The notes: generated by a model not told the origin, from the sequence alone. A stretch of DNA of 64,000 nucleotides from Octopus vulgaris (GCA_951406725.2 OX597823.1:68696001-68760000), one strand, 5' to 3'; shown: positions 1 through 14,299, counted from the first letter of the stretch. A program made the numbers and translations.

Positions 1-99
1 AACTGAGCTCTGATGAGAAATTTTCTGAAATCAAAAGTGGAAAATGGAAGTAATAGTAAAAATGGTCAGACATGAAACATTCTGTGCAGTTGGAATGAT

Positions 100-1200
100 G
101 AAAAAGAGTTCATCACTGACTAGACTATGAAGTTTCATTCTGTACTCTATTAGAAGTTGTCAGTACATGCTCAGAGGAACGTACCGAAATGTGTGAAACT
201 ATTCTATTTTTGGAAAAATCTAGTTCCTTCAGAGATAACATACAGCATCAGGTTTAATAACTTTTTTGGCTGTTTGAATAAAGTCCCTATTCTAACCACT
301 GTTCTAGAACAGACGTAATATAAGAGTCCACTGTCAAGTCATGTATGCATTTAAGACCTAAAAAGACTCTTTCAAAGCAGATGTATCCATTGAAATCCAT
401 CAAAGTCAGAAATTTCATGATGGCAATGGAAAGATAATAGGGTGGTCTTCAAAGCATTAATGGCAACATCATTTGTTTGATCATTGCATCATTCCAGTTA
501 GGTCACTGAAAAGATCTGCTGCAAGTTTCAAATGTATGGTGCCACTCTAAGAAACGAGGTTGTAAAGTTTCTTCAGTAAACATGTCAATAAAAAGATCTT
601 ATTACTTTATCAGCCAAAATATTGTTAAACAATAGGAAAAATATAGGTCCTTGAACAAATCCCTAGGGTATGCCAGCATTGATTTCATGAATGTGAAAGG
701 ACTGAGTGTAGTGAGATACTTTCAGAATTCTTCCAATTAAAAACTGATAACAGAAGTGACTTAAGCAGATATGTCACAACTCATTAGCTTAAGAAGCAAT
801 CCTTAATGTCATGTCAAGTACTTTGAAGATGTCTCAGAAAATAACATCTTAAAGCTGCTGTCTAGTACATAACTGAATATATTAACAGTGAACCAAGAAG
901 TCCAAAAGTAAAACTACAGGAGATTGACTTTATGCAAGTGGTTAATGATATGCATATAAATGGTGAATTCAGACAACTTGCTTTTTATGATCATAAGATT
1001 AATTGGTTTATGGAATGAGGAAAAAGTCACCGGAGTTTTTGAAAATTGGGAAAACTAAGGCTTCTTCAATGAGTACATAATAGCAAATACGTGGTCCATA
1101 CTTAGTTGTTCAAAAGACTAGCAATGTGCCACATATTTCAGAGCTGGTGACTGGTATGGGATTATATATAAATTTAACTGACTTTAGATGCAGGGGGAGT
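100..1200 (-). mobile_element. Highly degenerate LINE reverse-transcriptase relic (CR1/L2/Crack group)
   Basis: Manual minus-strand translation gives colinear broken RT motifs: ALVFPIFKNSG (~1030-1065), INAGIP*GFVQGPIFFLLFNN (~620-685, like GVPQGSVLGPLLF) and IFPKIE..HI (~190-220, like IRPKMEYCSHIW). Many stops and frameshifts. Confidence 0.7.
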
Positions 1201-1319
1201 ACAAAGAAAACATTTAAGGAAAAAATCTAGAATGGTAGTTGCAAGAGTACATCATGTCAGTGTATATAAGCTCTCAAGTGTTAATATTATGAGAACATAG
1301 ACTCATTATTTCTGTAAAG

Positions 1320-1455
1320 TGTTGGCAATTGGAAGGACATCCTGAAGAGCATCAATCTACAGGAGCTAATAGCTCCCACTATGAAATGAAGCACACTGTG
1401 ACAAACCATCAACTCATGCCAACATAGAAAGTGGACACAAAATGATGACTGATGG
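1320..1455 (+). mobile_element. Short 3' tail fragment of the RTE LINE family
   Basis: ttggcaattggaaggacatcc...aaaccatcaactcatgccaacatagaaagtggac...atgatgac resembles the 3' ends at 3330-3482, 20170-20335 and 56030-56270. Confidence 0.55.
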
Positions 1456-1919
1456 TTTCTTTCATTTAAGATTAGCTATTTTACATAGAATATCATATAC
1501 TATGTTTAGAAAACATCCCTTAACATAATAGGTCATGTCACTTTCACTTATTGCTTTAAGTCATACTGAAGCACGTTGACTCAGTGTAGGACCACTTCAG
1601 ATTTTTGTCATGAAAGCTAATAGAAGATAATTTACTTTGATAGACCTAAAGAAAATGTTACTGACTAATTATGGTACATTATGTATAGTCTTAGATTCTT
1701 AATTTTAGCAACGAATATTTTGCAGGCTTGTATATTTGCAATTAAACTAATATTCATTGTTTATATTTCAATTTCATAATAAAGAGTAAAATAAATAAAC
1801 AGAGATGCTATTAACATTAGAATAATCATTTTAATATCTGTCTTCCATTTCCAGCATGAAATGTTGGAAATGGGTCCTAGTGAATTCATTTATCAGCCTC
1901 AACATTTTAAAGTACCAGT

Positions 1920-2310
1920 ATTCTTTTATGTTTCAGTTATTTGACTGGGGTCATGCTAGAGCACCACCTTTTAGTCAAAGAAATCGACCCCAGGACTTAT
2001 TCTTTGTAAACCTGGTACTTATTCTATCAGGCTCTTCTGCCAAATCACTAAGTTATGGAGATGTAAACACACCAACATCGTTTTTCAAGCGATGGTGGGA
2101 GGGACGAACATAGATGCAAAGACATACACATAAATATATACATATATACACGATGGGCTTCTTTCAGTTTCCATCTATCAAATCCACTTACAAAGCTTTG
2201 GTCGGCCCAAGGCTGTAATAGAAGACACTTGCCAAGATATCATGCAGTGGGACTGAACCCAGAACCATGTTGTTGGGAAGCAAGCTTCTTACCACCCCAA
2301 CCATAAGCAC
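1920..2310 (-). mobile_element. tRNA-derived SINE type A (CORE-like 'ccttgggcaagtg' domain, internal microsatellite)
   Basis: Reverse complement matches the + strand copies at 12993, 13838, 29686 and 46657 (tggtaagaagcttgcttccc...gggttcagtcccactgc...gcaagtgtcttct). Confidence 0.85.
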
Positions 2311-3149
2311 ACTCCACCACCATCCTGCACCAACCTTCAGTATAGTTTTCTTTAGTAAGATTGCATTCAATTAAAATTATATCCCATAGAAATGTACTGT
2401 CTCCATATATCAGTTATAGCAACTATTTTCTCAACTTGATTGTAGTCATTCCTCCCAACACCATCACCACAGGCTTCACAGTTCATTCAAGTGTGCCATA
2501 TACATAGATTCATGTGTATCCATGACTAAGTTACTTAGCTTTTAGTGTTAGTCAAAATGCAACTAGCAGTAAATGGATTCCACAAGTGGTATGGTTCACT
2601 ACTGCAAACAATATTACAACTTTCAAACTAACAAATACCTGCTGGATTATATTCATATAGAAACTGCTTCTTCAGTTTTTCTACCAGATGTTGGATTACA
2701 AAAATCCCAAACATATATCCATTTTAGACTTAATTTATAATGATACTGTTTCAGTTAGCAACAAGTGGTTTTACTGAGAGCAAACCATAAACGATATCAA
2801 TGATGTGAAATAAGTGTGATTGCATATGGTCATGAGACAGAATATTGAATATGGAAGATTTCAAGTAACTACATAAAAGCTGGTCATTGAATGTATAATG
2901 TCAATTTATATATCAAGCAGAATACAAATGACCTATGAGGGTAACTAGGTATTAACAGTATCAGCAAATGAATGCAGAAGACTGTCACACTGGTATGTAG
3001 ATGTGATGTAGATGAATGATGAGTACTGGTGACATGCTGCATGAGAAAAACAGAAAGAAATGATGAGTTTAGACCTCAGGACACTGAACTTCACAGATAA
3101 TTTGCTATAGTATTGCTGGCCCATACAACCCATACAAGAAAAATAGTAA

Positions 3150-3482
3150 ATGTGGCACGTCTGTGCTGGTGGCACGTAAAAAGCACCATCCGAACATGAC
3201 CAATGCCAGCACTGCCTTGACTGGCTTCTCTGCTGGTGGCATGTAAAAAGCACCAACCGATTGTGGACACTGCCAGCCTCCCCTGGCACCTATGCCGGTG
3301 GCACATAAAAAGCACCCACTACACTCATGGAGTGGTTGGCGTTAGGAAGGGCATCTAGCTGTAGAAACACTGCCAGATCAAACTGGAGCCTGGTGCAGCC
3401 TCCTGGATTTCCCAGACCCCGGTCAAACCATCCAACCCATGCTAGCATGGAAAATGGACGTTAAATGATAATGATGATGATA
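3150..3482 (+). mobile_element. RTE LINE 3' UTR fragment with tandem 'ggtggcacgtaaaaagcacc' units and (GAT)n tail
   Basis: Matches the reverse complement of the 3' UTR attached to the RTE ORF at 40480-41070. Confidence 0.85.
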
Positions 3483-4181
3483 AAGCAATTTTTATGATGG
3501 CATTATGGCTTTAGAGAATATTATCCTGGGAATAGTGTTGAAAACAAAAACCTGTACATTTGTATATTCATTTTGTAACTGAACTTATTATCAGCCCTAA
3601 CAATACACCATGTTCCTGAAATATGAACTGGAAATGATTTTATGCACCAATCATTCACTTGTAGATTTTTCAATGCCCACTAAGCACTACTTAAATTCTT
3701 CCATTTATCTTGCTAATATTGCGAAATGGAAAGCATATTTGCATTAAAACAGTTCATTCATTTATATGTCAAATTTGATAATTGGCATCAAGTCTATGCA
3801 GTTGTATAGCATTTATCAGTTATAAACTCCTCAGCTGAAGTGATGTTTTTATATTTGTTAATATGAAGATTAACGACGTTGCCTATAGTTATTTCAGATC
3901 ATTGTAAACAGAGTGTCAAGATAAATAAGTGACATTAGTGCTTCTCAAATAGGGTTTTAATCATCTCGGTATTTTGATATAAAAAAAAGAAAAGGCAAGA
4001 TGTGACAGAATTCCTTCTTAAAACAAGTATTTGAAATAATTTAGGATAAAATGTTTAAAATATGAAAGGAAGCTGAAATAGTTGTAAAGAAAATGAGATG
4101 GTATTTAGCTTGATAAACAGCAAGTAATGGTGTATTGTTAGGGCTGGTAATGACTATGGAATCTTGGAAGTCAGATGAATG

Positions 4182-4413
4182 TTTCTTATTTCTTTATTGC
4201 CCACAAGGGGCTAAACACAGAGGGGACAAACAAGGACAGACAAAGCGATTAAGTCGATTATATCGACCCCAGTGCGTAACTGGTACTTAAGTTATCGACC
4301 CCGAAAGGACGAAAGGCAAAGTCAACCTCGGCATGAACTCAGAATGTAATGACAGACGAAATACCACTAAGCATTTTGCCCGGTGTGCTAATGTTTCTGC
4401 CAGCTCGCTACCT
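4182..4413 (-). mobile_element. tRNA-derived SINE type B
   Basis: Reverse complement nearly identical to 38705-38932 (ctggcagaaacgttagc...gttctgagttca...aagtaccagtt...ctggggtcgat). Confidence 0.9.
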
Positions 4414-5639
4414 TCAGTGTATGTTTCTATCTTGGGTACTATGTATGAATGTTTCTATCTTGGGTAATACGTAGAAAGTGTTTGATGTGTCTCCAAATTT
4501 GGGGTACATTTGTAGGTATATTTTAGGTAAAATGCTACATGATATAGCAAGTTAGCAACTTAAGGCTTAAGAAATTTCTGGTTCTGAGAAAGAATTTGCT
4601 ATGTAATGAATGAACGGTTTTAATGAGTAGTTGTCAGTGATACTGAAATGAAGCTGTAAACTAGATTCATACTTTTAACAAATACACTTGTATTCTGTGT
4701 GGCTGGAATAGTAGCTATGCTAATTTCTAAAACATAGCATGATTTTCTTGTCACACTTGTTGAAATAGGCAGACCAACTACGTACATCTAATAGTTGTAA
4801 ATTAGATTAACATTTCATCTGAGGCTAAGCAACAATAACAACAATGCTAAACTGTCAGCTAGGAATACCAATGTAATGAGAGTTTCTGTAGACAAAATGT
4901 ATTGGAACCACAGATAGCAATATCTCAGCCACACATGTAGAAAAGACAAAGAAGCAAGGATGAATAAAGGCAAGAAATGCTGAGATTGTGAAAAAGAAAT
5001 TTCATAAAAGGCACTACTTTATATGCACTACCCGTAAAGAATGATTGAATTTCTAAGATGAAGTTTCGTATGAGACACCAATGCAAGCTGCATCTATAAA
5101 GTAATGAAATTACAATTTGAGAAATAATCTTTCCCTAACAAACTAATATAAAGAAATTAGGATGATGAAAAGTGTTCATTGATTTGATTACATATTGATT
5201 TTTCTTCTTTGCTAATCATTTTATCCATTTCACTAAAAAGTAAAAAGAAAAGTAAGCAAAATAGACAAAAATTTAACAGTAGTGCATAACACTAACTAGT
5301 ATATTTTCTTTTATCATAGTTTACTTCTATTTCCCATGCTAAAATGGGTTATATGGACCTACAATTTTGTAATTTAAGCTTAGTGCGAAAATTCACTTTT
5401 ACATTTAGATACTTTTCACCTGAATTAGTAATAAAAATAATGCATGCTGTACATTTGATGAAATGATTCTTGTTTATTTTGAATAAGTACAAATTGCTTA
5501 GATTAAGACAAGTGTCTTAAATGGAATACTACTCCTTTCAAAGTATTTTAAAATAGGACAAAAGAAAACTGATTTAAGTATTTGCCTTTCTCAGAAGCAG
5601 TGTAAGACTTCGAACTTAACAGAATAAACACATTAGATA

Positions 5640-5780
5640 TGATTCCACTGGATGGGTAATGTCAGTGTGCATGTATTACAGAGTGTAAATGATTTAAGAG
5701 AAAAATTGGGTATAAGAGGCACCACATGTAGTGTGCATGAGAGAAGACTATATTGGTATGGGCATGTGATGTATATGAAT
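5640..5780 (+). mobile_element. RTE LINE ORF C-terminal fragment
   Basis: Encodes WMGNVSVH..LREKLGIRG..CSVHERRLYWYGHVM, homologous to the ORF segment at 41073-41490. Confidence 0.8.
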
Positions 5781-6511
5781 GAATATTTTACTATTTTTAT
5801 TTAATTTCTATATGTAAATAAAGAATATTATGATTTTTAAAAATATGATTAAAGTTTCTTTTCCTGTTGACAGATATAAATGATAACTAATAAACATTCA
5901 ATAATAACAACTTTGAAATAATTAAATAAATCTATTTCTTGCAAAAAGTAAAGAAGAATTTTCAGTAACATAGAAAAGAACTGAAGGCATCTGTAATATA
6001 CATAGAATGGGGAGGCAATTATTTTAATGAGAAGCAGTAAATTAGCTATTATTATCATGAAGTAAGTTTCAGTCACAGAAGAAAGAGAAAATAACTTTAT
6101 AATTTAAAAGTAGTCGTGAACCAATATTCTAGCCACAGTTCCTTAAATTATAAATAAACCAAGTACATGTAATCATTTTCAGATTCATGTTGACACACTG
6201 CATTTTCAGGTTCATGATGACATACAACACACTGCATTTAGATCTTCTGGTTGTGCTTAAAATCTTAGTCATGAAAACTTGATCATTATCACAGTTATTT
6301 CTATCGTTTACAATATAATTAGATGTAGCTCTGCATTTATCATACCAGCTGAATTTGTAACCAGAATAATGTTTAAAATCATTCATAGGAGTATTGTAGT
6401 TCACTTGAAACATTGTTAGTACAGAAATAGGAAATGAAGGGAAGGAGAAATAAAGAAAGTTTCTAACAATGCAGAAAGTTTTACAAAATAGAAAACAAAA
6501 ACAAAAATCCT

Positions 6512-6545
6512 TTGTATTTTGGGTGCAAAGGTCTATCTTCAGAAC
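6512..6545 (-). ncRNA. Decayed minimal hammerhead ribozyme motif (inverted copy)
   Basis: Minus strand reads CTGAAGA TAGACCTTTGCACC CAAAA TACA; CAAAA fits CpG decay of CGAAA. Confidence 0.45.
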
Positions 6546-6718
6546 ATATGCCACCACCACCACCACCTTATGAAAATACACTACAATGATCACAACCAAC
6601 AGTTTTAAATTGCTTGCACCAACAGTTGGAGAGTTGCTGTTACAGCTAACCCGAAATGCCAAGCAATTTAAAATAACAAAATCTATGTAAATACACATAT
6701 CTATACTACTTTTTATTT

Positions 6719-6748
6719 CTGAAGATAGGCCTTTGGGACTGAAATATA
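6719..6748 (+). ncRNA. Minimal type-I hammerhead ribozyme motif (PLE-associated)
   Basis: CTGAAGA-TAGGCCTTTGGGACT-GAAA-TATA: both catalytic boxes intact, degenerate stem II, palindromic ATAT stem III. Confidence 0.55.
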
Positions 6749-6986
6749 AAGTTTTTAATTTGTTTTTTTTATTTTTTTGTAAAACTTTTTCCATTATTAT
6801 TTTTTCCTTTAAATTCATAAATATTTTACAATCAATCATGGAAAGTTTCCTAGATGGAAAGTTTCTTCAGAGCTTAATAAACCATTAATAAGGTTCACTA
6901 GATCAGAAATTTATGAAGATTAGTAGCTATTATAAGACGTAGTAAATCAAGACAATCAATCATTAGTCATAGAAATTTCTATTTTT

Positions 6987-7052
6987 ATCTTCAATCTTCA
7001 ACTGCATTAATCTTATCATATCTTCAGTCTTCAACTACATTAATCTTATCAA
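6987..7052. repeat. Two-copy ~33 bp tandem duplication
   Basis: atcttca(a/g)tcttcaact(g/a)cattaatcttatca occurs twice. Confidence 0.85.
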
Positions 7053-9304
7053 TCTAGGAAGGTGTCAACTTTCCTCTTTCAATTAAAATAGAAAACAAAA
7101 TGTTATAACCAACATATTTTCACTGGATTGATATCTTTTAACATTAATATAATACTGAACAGAAAAGAAAAAAATAAGTTGTTGAAGGATACTGGTGAAT
7201 AACAGGTAACTTTTCTGGAATGACTAAAATCTATAATCCCATTGTTAAATGCATTATCAAGAAACAAAAAGAAATGTTTCTCTGATAGTATCCATGGTAT
7301 GTCATCCATTTATCCATAACCCTAAATCTATTGTCATACTCAAGATGTCTAATTAAAAAGGATAGATTGAAAAACTGAAAGTTAGTCTGGAAATAATGAA
7401 TCAGATGAATTCTAAAAAAAAGTACACTCAAAATGTTTGATATCACGAAAGTCAATAAAGCAATAATGTGGACAAGGTCAGAGCTAACTGATAAGAGTCA
7501 AAAGTAAGACCCAGAAGCACATAAATGACAGTAGACAAAAAGGTAAAAAGGAATTGTTAAACATTCTGATATGTAAGCCAAAGTATTTTTAAATTATAGA
7601 GTTAAACCAGCTTCCTTTCAACATGTAATTTCGAAAAGAATCTGTAAGATTCCCCAATCTTATTATAAATTTTCCATAGATTAAATTTAAATCATATTAT
7701 AACAGCACATATTAAACTAGCTGACCATATATTTCATTACATTTATTTCTTAGTTCTGTTGGTTGATAAGTATAGAAAGAATCTTATTAAATCTATTTTT
7801 ATCTAAAATCTGCAGATAAGTTTAATAATTGTAATCTTTTTAATCTATTACAGTTTTTTGTGTATAACTTCCTCATTTATGAAAGCTCATGCAAAAAATA
7901 AAATATTAGGTTGTAAAAAGAATGAGAAATTGCAAAAGATAGAAAAATAGGGACCACATACAGAATATAATGTTGTTAAATAGTTTTCAGTAGTAATACC
8001 GTGCTGTAGTATGGTTGCTTTTATAAGCAGAAAAATATGTAGAAATATTTTGTAAGCATCGAACTTTGCTTTTGACTATAATTACAGAGGTATATTAAAG
8101 TTTGTTGTTAATCCTGGCTTAGTTCTAATTGAGTAGACCTATGATCAACGGCATTTGAATCATGAACAACATGTGTTTTTTTCCAGAACCACATTATATA
8201 AAGTGTCCTGCTTTTTGTAATTTGGTATGGTGTGAGCTGAGTGAATATTGGCTGCTCTTTCTATTGGATTCAGCAGCTCCTGAAAGACTCTCTCATTAGC
8301 CAGTATTACAATTAAGTATTGCAATTAAGGCTGCAATTAAGTATTGTAAAGAAATCATAATGAGATGACAATCCAGATTTGCTTGGTATATGATATAGAA
8401 ATTACTGCTCCATTTTATGAATACAATTCAAAAGAAAACTAATGAAGTTACAGATTGTAAACCTAATTGTGAACCTCAAATAAATTTATAAAACTAATAC
8501 AGTATTGTTTTGGTAAATTGCAATTTAATAATTAATTAAATATTTTAAGAATTAATGTAACATGGATATATGAGATCTATTTAAAAATATGTCTTTCGGT
8601 AAACAAAGAAACTAAAACTAATACATAAAACCAGTTAAATTGAAATCTTGAAAATACCAACAGTTTAAAGTTAACTGATACCTTATTCTTGGGAATTCAT
8701 AAATATATAGGGAAGTCTTTGATTTACATTGACAATCCCTTTCATTTGTAAAAGTTTCATTGGGTGCACCATTAAAAAAATTACATCAGTCAATTACAAG
8801 ACATGAGATATGTAGTCAATAATAATTTACTGGATAATGTTCAAGCAACTTTGCAGAAAATTAATAAAAACTATATAAATAAATATATAAAATACTGTGG
8901 AGAGAGAAATGTTTGTAGAAACTGGAGTCAAAAGGCCAAAGGGAGAATTAATATTGATCATTGATTTATTTGCTGTACATTTGCTTTTAATCATTAGTAT
9001 ACCTCAAACAACTATCATGATATTATGTCTACAGAAAACTCTTAATTAGTGCATAGAAGGGTTACCCAAATCATGTATGATTGTCTATATTTGGTAATCT
9101 AATGTAGAAAAATTGTTTCAATCATCAATTGATAATTAGTTGCATCAACAAAATCAAAGACTACAACAGAATAATCAGAAATATAAAAACATCATGGTTA
9201 TACCCTATGAAAACATTAAAGAAAAAAAATGAGTCAGTGCCAAGAAACAAGGAATGGGTCTCCCATGATTTGAAAATAATAGAACTCAAATTTGATATAA
9301 CCTG

Positions 9305-9660
9305 AACAACAACAACAACAACAACATCATCATCATCATCCTCCTCCTCCTTTAATGTTCGTTTTCCATGCTGGCAAGCAAGAGAGCTGCATCAGGTTCC
9401 AGTGTAATTCGGTTTGATTTCTACAGCCCTTTCTAATGCCAACCACTTTACAATGTGTGCTGGGTGCTTTTAACATGGCACCAGCATGAGCACACTCACA
9501 TGGCACTGGCATGAGTGCTTTTACATGACACCAGTCCAGGGCTCTAGCAGTCCAATTCGCTTCACCAGGGGAGCAGCATTAACACTTCTAATATGTAGGA
9601 CAAGTCTTCTTGAGTACAACAAAGTATCAGATATCTTGGTCCTTAGTCATCTCAGATATC
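9305..9660 (-). mobile_element. RTE LINE 3' tail fragment with mixed (CAA)(CAT)(CCT) trinucleotide tail
   Basis: tttaatgttcgttttccatgctggc...ttctaatgccaaccactttaca...gggtgcttttaacatggcaccag is the reverse of the RTE 3' UTR. Confidence 0.7.
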
Positions 9661-12600
9661 TCAGTCCTGTTGAATTTACTTTAACTTTTCAACTATCTTT
9701 TAAAGATATCTGAATGTTTACATCTATATATGAAATAGATACGTCTTGCATTTTTGTTATACAAAACATATCATCAGGCAATAGTGCTGGCACCAATTTA
9801 TGAAACTAAAACATACAATCTTATGCAAACTTCTGATCAAAAATATCTAGAGCAGCTAGAAGTATTAGTTTAAAATTTTAGCACAAGTGTAGGTCCTGTT
9901 TCACCTCAGGTCAACCCTAATTAGGTAGATGTATGACTAAAGGTCTTCCAGTTATAGAACTTTAGTCTTTTTATAGGTACAGTTTATCTAGGACTACATT
10001 CCACAATACCCAATATGTTCCATCTTCAACAGCTTTAAGGTAGGTACAACATAATAGAGATTTAGTTACTACTCCTAACAGGTTAAAAAAACCCATATAG
10101 GACTTCCTTTATACTAGATTTAATATATTTAAATTTGTTACCATAGATAACAACATTTACTTATGTAAGTTTTGAACTAGTGAATATGTGGGAATAAAGC
10201 AGACATAATTCACTATAAGAATTTTGTTGTTTTTCTGTCATACAAGCAAAAATAATTCAAAAATTCATAATTTAAGATTTTAAGCAAATCTAGTGACCAA
10301 TTACATTTATTTGAATAATTCAAGACTTAAAACAAAAAAGCAAATATTTCAGTTTTTTTTTTACAGAATACAATAAAATTGTTTCTTATGAAAATTGTAT
10401 TGAATATTTAAATATTAAAAAGGACTAAGGTAACACAGCAATATAAATACTTGTTTTCTACAAATAGGGTTCCTTTCAGGAAATGTTACTTTATAATGAA
10501 TTGAACAATAACCTGTGAATCACATAAAATATATATTGTTTTAATTTATATTTAATATTTCCTTATGCAGTATAACAACTGTTTTATCAAAATCTACACT
10601 GTCATCATCAAAGGTCAAAAGACTAAGAGGTGCTGTATTATATAGTGAATCTTCCAGTAACACAGCTATGGTGTTATGCATAATTTATAAAAATAGAATT
10701 CTGTGCTATTTTTAATATATAATAAGATATAAAGCAAAATAGCACAACTTTTAGTATACTATTTCATTACCTTTTCTATGGCAAGGATAGTTGTAAAAGT
10801 ATCAAACTAGAAGAAGAAATTTATTATTACATGAAAGTTGAGAATTTAATATAGATAAAAGCCATGAAAGGCAGATTTAATAATGTAATCAAACTTTACT
10901 ACTAAAGTAACTTCCTCTAAAAGTAGAACAATGGCATTCTGTAGTTTCTCCTTCAAAGTAATGTACTTCCATATGATATAAAATGTTGGCTCAAACCTGC
11001 TGACTACTAGCTAATTAATTGCTAAACCTTGTGCTTTGGTAATCTTTCTTCAACCACCAACATTAACCCATTCTGAAGAGCTACTAAGAAGTCTATGTGC
11101 TCATCTTTTCCTTTGAGACTAAAACATTTGGGAAATAATTATCTGAAAGGCCATATAGTCTGAAGACCAAATATCTTTTGGGACATATTCAAAGTTGAAA
11201 TATGCTTAAATACGTCAAATTTCTTTAGTCATTCGATAAAAGCTTTAAAAAAAAAGCTTTCATAATCTTTAACTTGTTCAGATTCTAATGAATCTTTGTT
11301 CAGTTTCAATTGTTGAAATAGATTATACATGAAAATATCTAATGATTATTTTGAAGTTCAATTCATGACCTGGCACACAACTGAAACAATGTAATTAACA
11401 GTTTTTTTAAAAAATGAATTGAAAAATATGCTTAAGATCTTCCAAATGGCAAGAAGAAATGTAATGATTGAAAATGAAGAATATAGGCCAGGATAATTTT
11501 AAATCAGTTTTATGTTCAGTTCAGTTTTATATCAATAAAAATAATCATATCTGAATTGAAGGTTGAAATTTTCTTTTTAAACATTATTTACACAATACTC
11601 TAGATATCTAATAAAGTGTGAGAATAGAATTACTAAACCAATAAAATAAAACACTCACTGAAGATGAAAAACAAATTTTCTTGTAAATTTTTTTTTTATA
11701 TAGTAACTATACAGTTTCAAGTTTATCTGTGTGTTATCACCTCCCTCTGAAGCCCTTGAATTTTCATAATGTGTTATTTATATCTCTATGTGTTAATTTC
11801 ATTTGATAATTAATAGCTTTGCTTTTTAATTTCTGCATTAATTTCTATAGTGTTAGTGTCAAAACTATAAAGAAAGACAAGTGAAATATTTGAATTAACA
11901 TATATGTTAACCCCACCATGAATAGTTAATCATCCTACTATATGTAGCTTATAAACTATACAAACTTTGTCCTCCATTGAGAGTAAGAGCATTGCCTAAA
12001 TTAAGCTGTTCTAAAGCAGTTGCTGTTGCTTTATTGATTTAATTAAGTTATTTAAAATTGTATATTTAGAGATTTTTTCCTTTATCACATTGAATTTTTG
12101 ACTCTTTAAAAGAATTACTTCATTTTGAAACTAAAAGCTTTAGACTTCTAACAAAAAAAACAACAAAAACCAAAAAAAGTACAGTTAATAGTTATAATAA
12201 ACTGCAAAATGTCAAAAGAAATTTTACCAGATACTTGTTTACATTAAAGAATAAGGACTCTAAATGGAAACAACTGATTTCATGGATCCGACCTTCTAAT
12301 GTTATTTTAATCTTTATTGATTAATATTAAAGACAACCTAACATCAAATATAGTTAGTTTTTAAATCAAACCAAGCGTTGTGAAGCTATACCTTTTCTGA
12401 AGTAATTTCCTTCTAAAACTGGATGTGGTCTATCCGTAAAGCAAATGTTAGTTTCATTCTGCTTCCCAATTAAGAGAGATAGGGATCTTAATTGAACTAT
12501 ATTGATTTATTTGCATCAAGATAGCACAGCATGTGACACAATCATCATAACCACAAAATTGGCAGTTGAAGAAAATTCAACCTACAAATATTAAATGCGT

Positions 12601-12992
12601 ATATTTGAGTTCAAGTATCTGATACTTTAAAAGACACCTCCCTCACACACACACACACACACAAGTAAAGGCACCTCTATATTACTAATTTAGAATAGTG
12701 TGTTTTATTGAGGAACAGGTTAATGGTAGAAATATATAATAAAAGCAGTAGGTGAGCCAGTTTCTCCTCTTTCACTTGATGTATCTACAGAAGAGTTATT
12801 ATTTTATGGAGCAACCAGATTATTGTTTATTCATTGTAATTTGATAGTGCTTAAAAAGATATTTATTGTATTGTATGATAATGTACATTTAATAAGGTGA
12901 AAATTTGCATAGTTGAAACATATATAATATTTATTTAAAGTTGATATTAACATATATAAGTACATAGGAACGTATGCATATATATTATATAC

Positions 12993-13365
12993 AGGCACAA
13001 GCGTGACTGTGTGGTTAAGACTGTCACTTTTCAACCATATGGTTTCAACATCAGTTCCCCCATAAGGGAGCTTGGGCAAATGTCTTCTACTATAACCCTG
13101 GGCCAACCAATGCTTTGTGGGTGAATTTGGTAGCCTGTCATATGTGTGTTCGTAATGCATCTTTGTGTTTGAATTTGTACTTCTCTCAATGCTTATGAAC
13201 CAGTATTTGTTTGTTTAGATCCCTGTAACTCAGTAATTCAGCAGAAGTGGCCAACAGAATAAGCCTTAGGCATGAAAAGGAAAACAAAATGGGTCGAATT
13301 GTTTGACTAAACCCTTCCAGGTAGTGCCCCAATGTAGCTGTAGTTCAATGACTGAAACAAGTAAG
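12993..13365 (+). mobile_element. SINE type A
   Basis: tRNA-like head (gtgactgtgtggttaaga...ggtttcaacatcagttccc), cttgggcaaatgtcttctactata, 3' end caatgactgaaacaagtaa. Confidence 0.8.
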
Positions 13366-13678
13366 TGATATACATGCACATTATGGATGCAAGTATAACT
13401 ATGCACATTCATTATAGATAAACAAATATATGCAAAAGAGAAAGAAGGATAGCAAATTAGACACAATATATAATTTAATTCAAAACCGAATGTAAGTGCT
13501 AATCAGTATTTTTCATGCTTAGACCTCGGGCAACTGAAGATTAAGAACAAGAAACTCTGAGTCATGACTTACTTAGGTTCAATATTGAATAAATAAATGC
13601 AGATTACTCTAAAAGTACTTTCTTATGCTTAATTGTTTTATTGATTTCTCACAACTTTGATGGTACTATCTGTCATAC

Positions 13679-13709
<31 letters not shown>

Positions 13710-13837
13710 ACCATTATAGTCATGTTAGTATGCTGGCCACTAATAAATCATTAAATAATGACTTTATCCTAATTATGTATAAATATATATGTGCATTTGT
13801 GTGTGTGTGCGTGTGTCTGTCTGTCTGTCTGTCAGTG

Positions 13838-14175
13838 TAGGCACAGTTATAGCTATGTAGTAAGAAGCCTGCTTCCCAATCACATGCTTCTGGGTTCAGT
13901 CCCATTGCATGGCACCTTGGGCAAGTGTCTTCTACTATAGTCTCAGGCCAACCAAAGCCTATGCGTGTGTGTGTCCACACTGCTTGACAGCCAGTGTTGG
14001 TGTGTTTACATCCACGTAACTTAGATTGGTTGCAAAAGCAACCAATAAAATGAGTACCAGGCTTAACAAAACATAAACACTGGCATCAATTCAGTTTGCT
14101 AGAAATTCTTTGAGGTAATGCCCAGCATGGCCGCAGTCTAATCACTGAAGCAAGTAAAAATTAGATGATAAAAGA
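13838..14175 (+). mobile_element. SINE type A
   Basis: gtagtaagaagcctgcttcccaatcac...ggcaccttgggcaagtgtcttctactatag...cagcatggccgcagtc. Confidence 0.85.
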
Positions 14176-14299
14176 TATATACATACATATATGTATATGT
14201 TTCTACATTTAGAGCTTCACCTAATACATCATCCCTGCTAAGCCTCCATCTTTTGCCCCATCTTTTTATTTACCCTCATCTGTATACTCTTCGATTCTC

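Larger units (their letters stand above)
6420..6810. mobile_element. Penelope-like pseudo-LTR unit with inverted arms
   Basis: 6470-6545 is the reverse complement of 6717-6795. 6545-6755 and inverted 6424-6480 match the 3' end of the PLE relic at 16030-16270. Confidence 0.75.

Noticed and set aside
8-36. CTGATGA-GAAATTTTCT-GAAA as a hammerhead
   Set aside because: Only a weak AT-rich stem II, no plausible stem III, and it sits at the window edge.
6129-6839. Longest ORF (236 aa, minus strand) as a gene
   Set aside because: Runs antisense through the PLE pseudo-LTR unit and AT-rich low-complexity DNA; no domain-like sequence.
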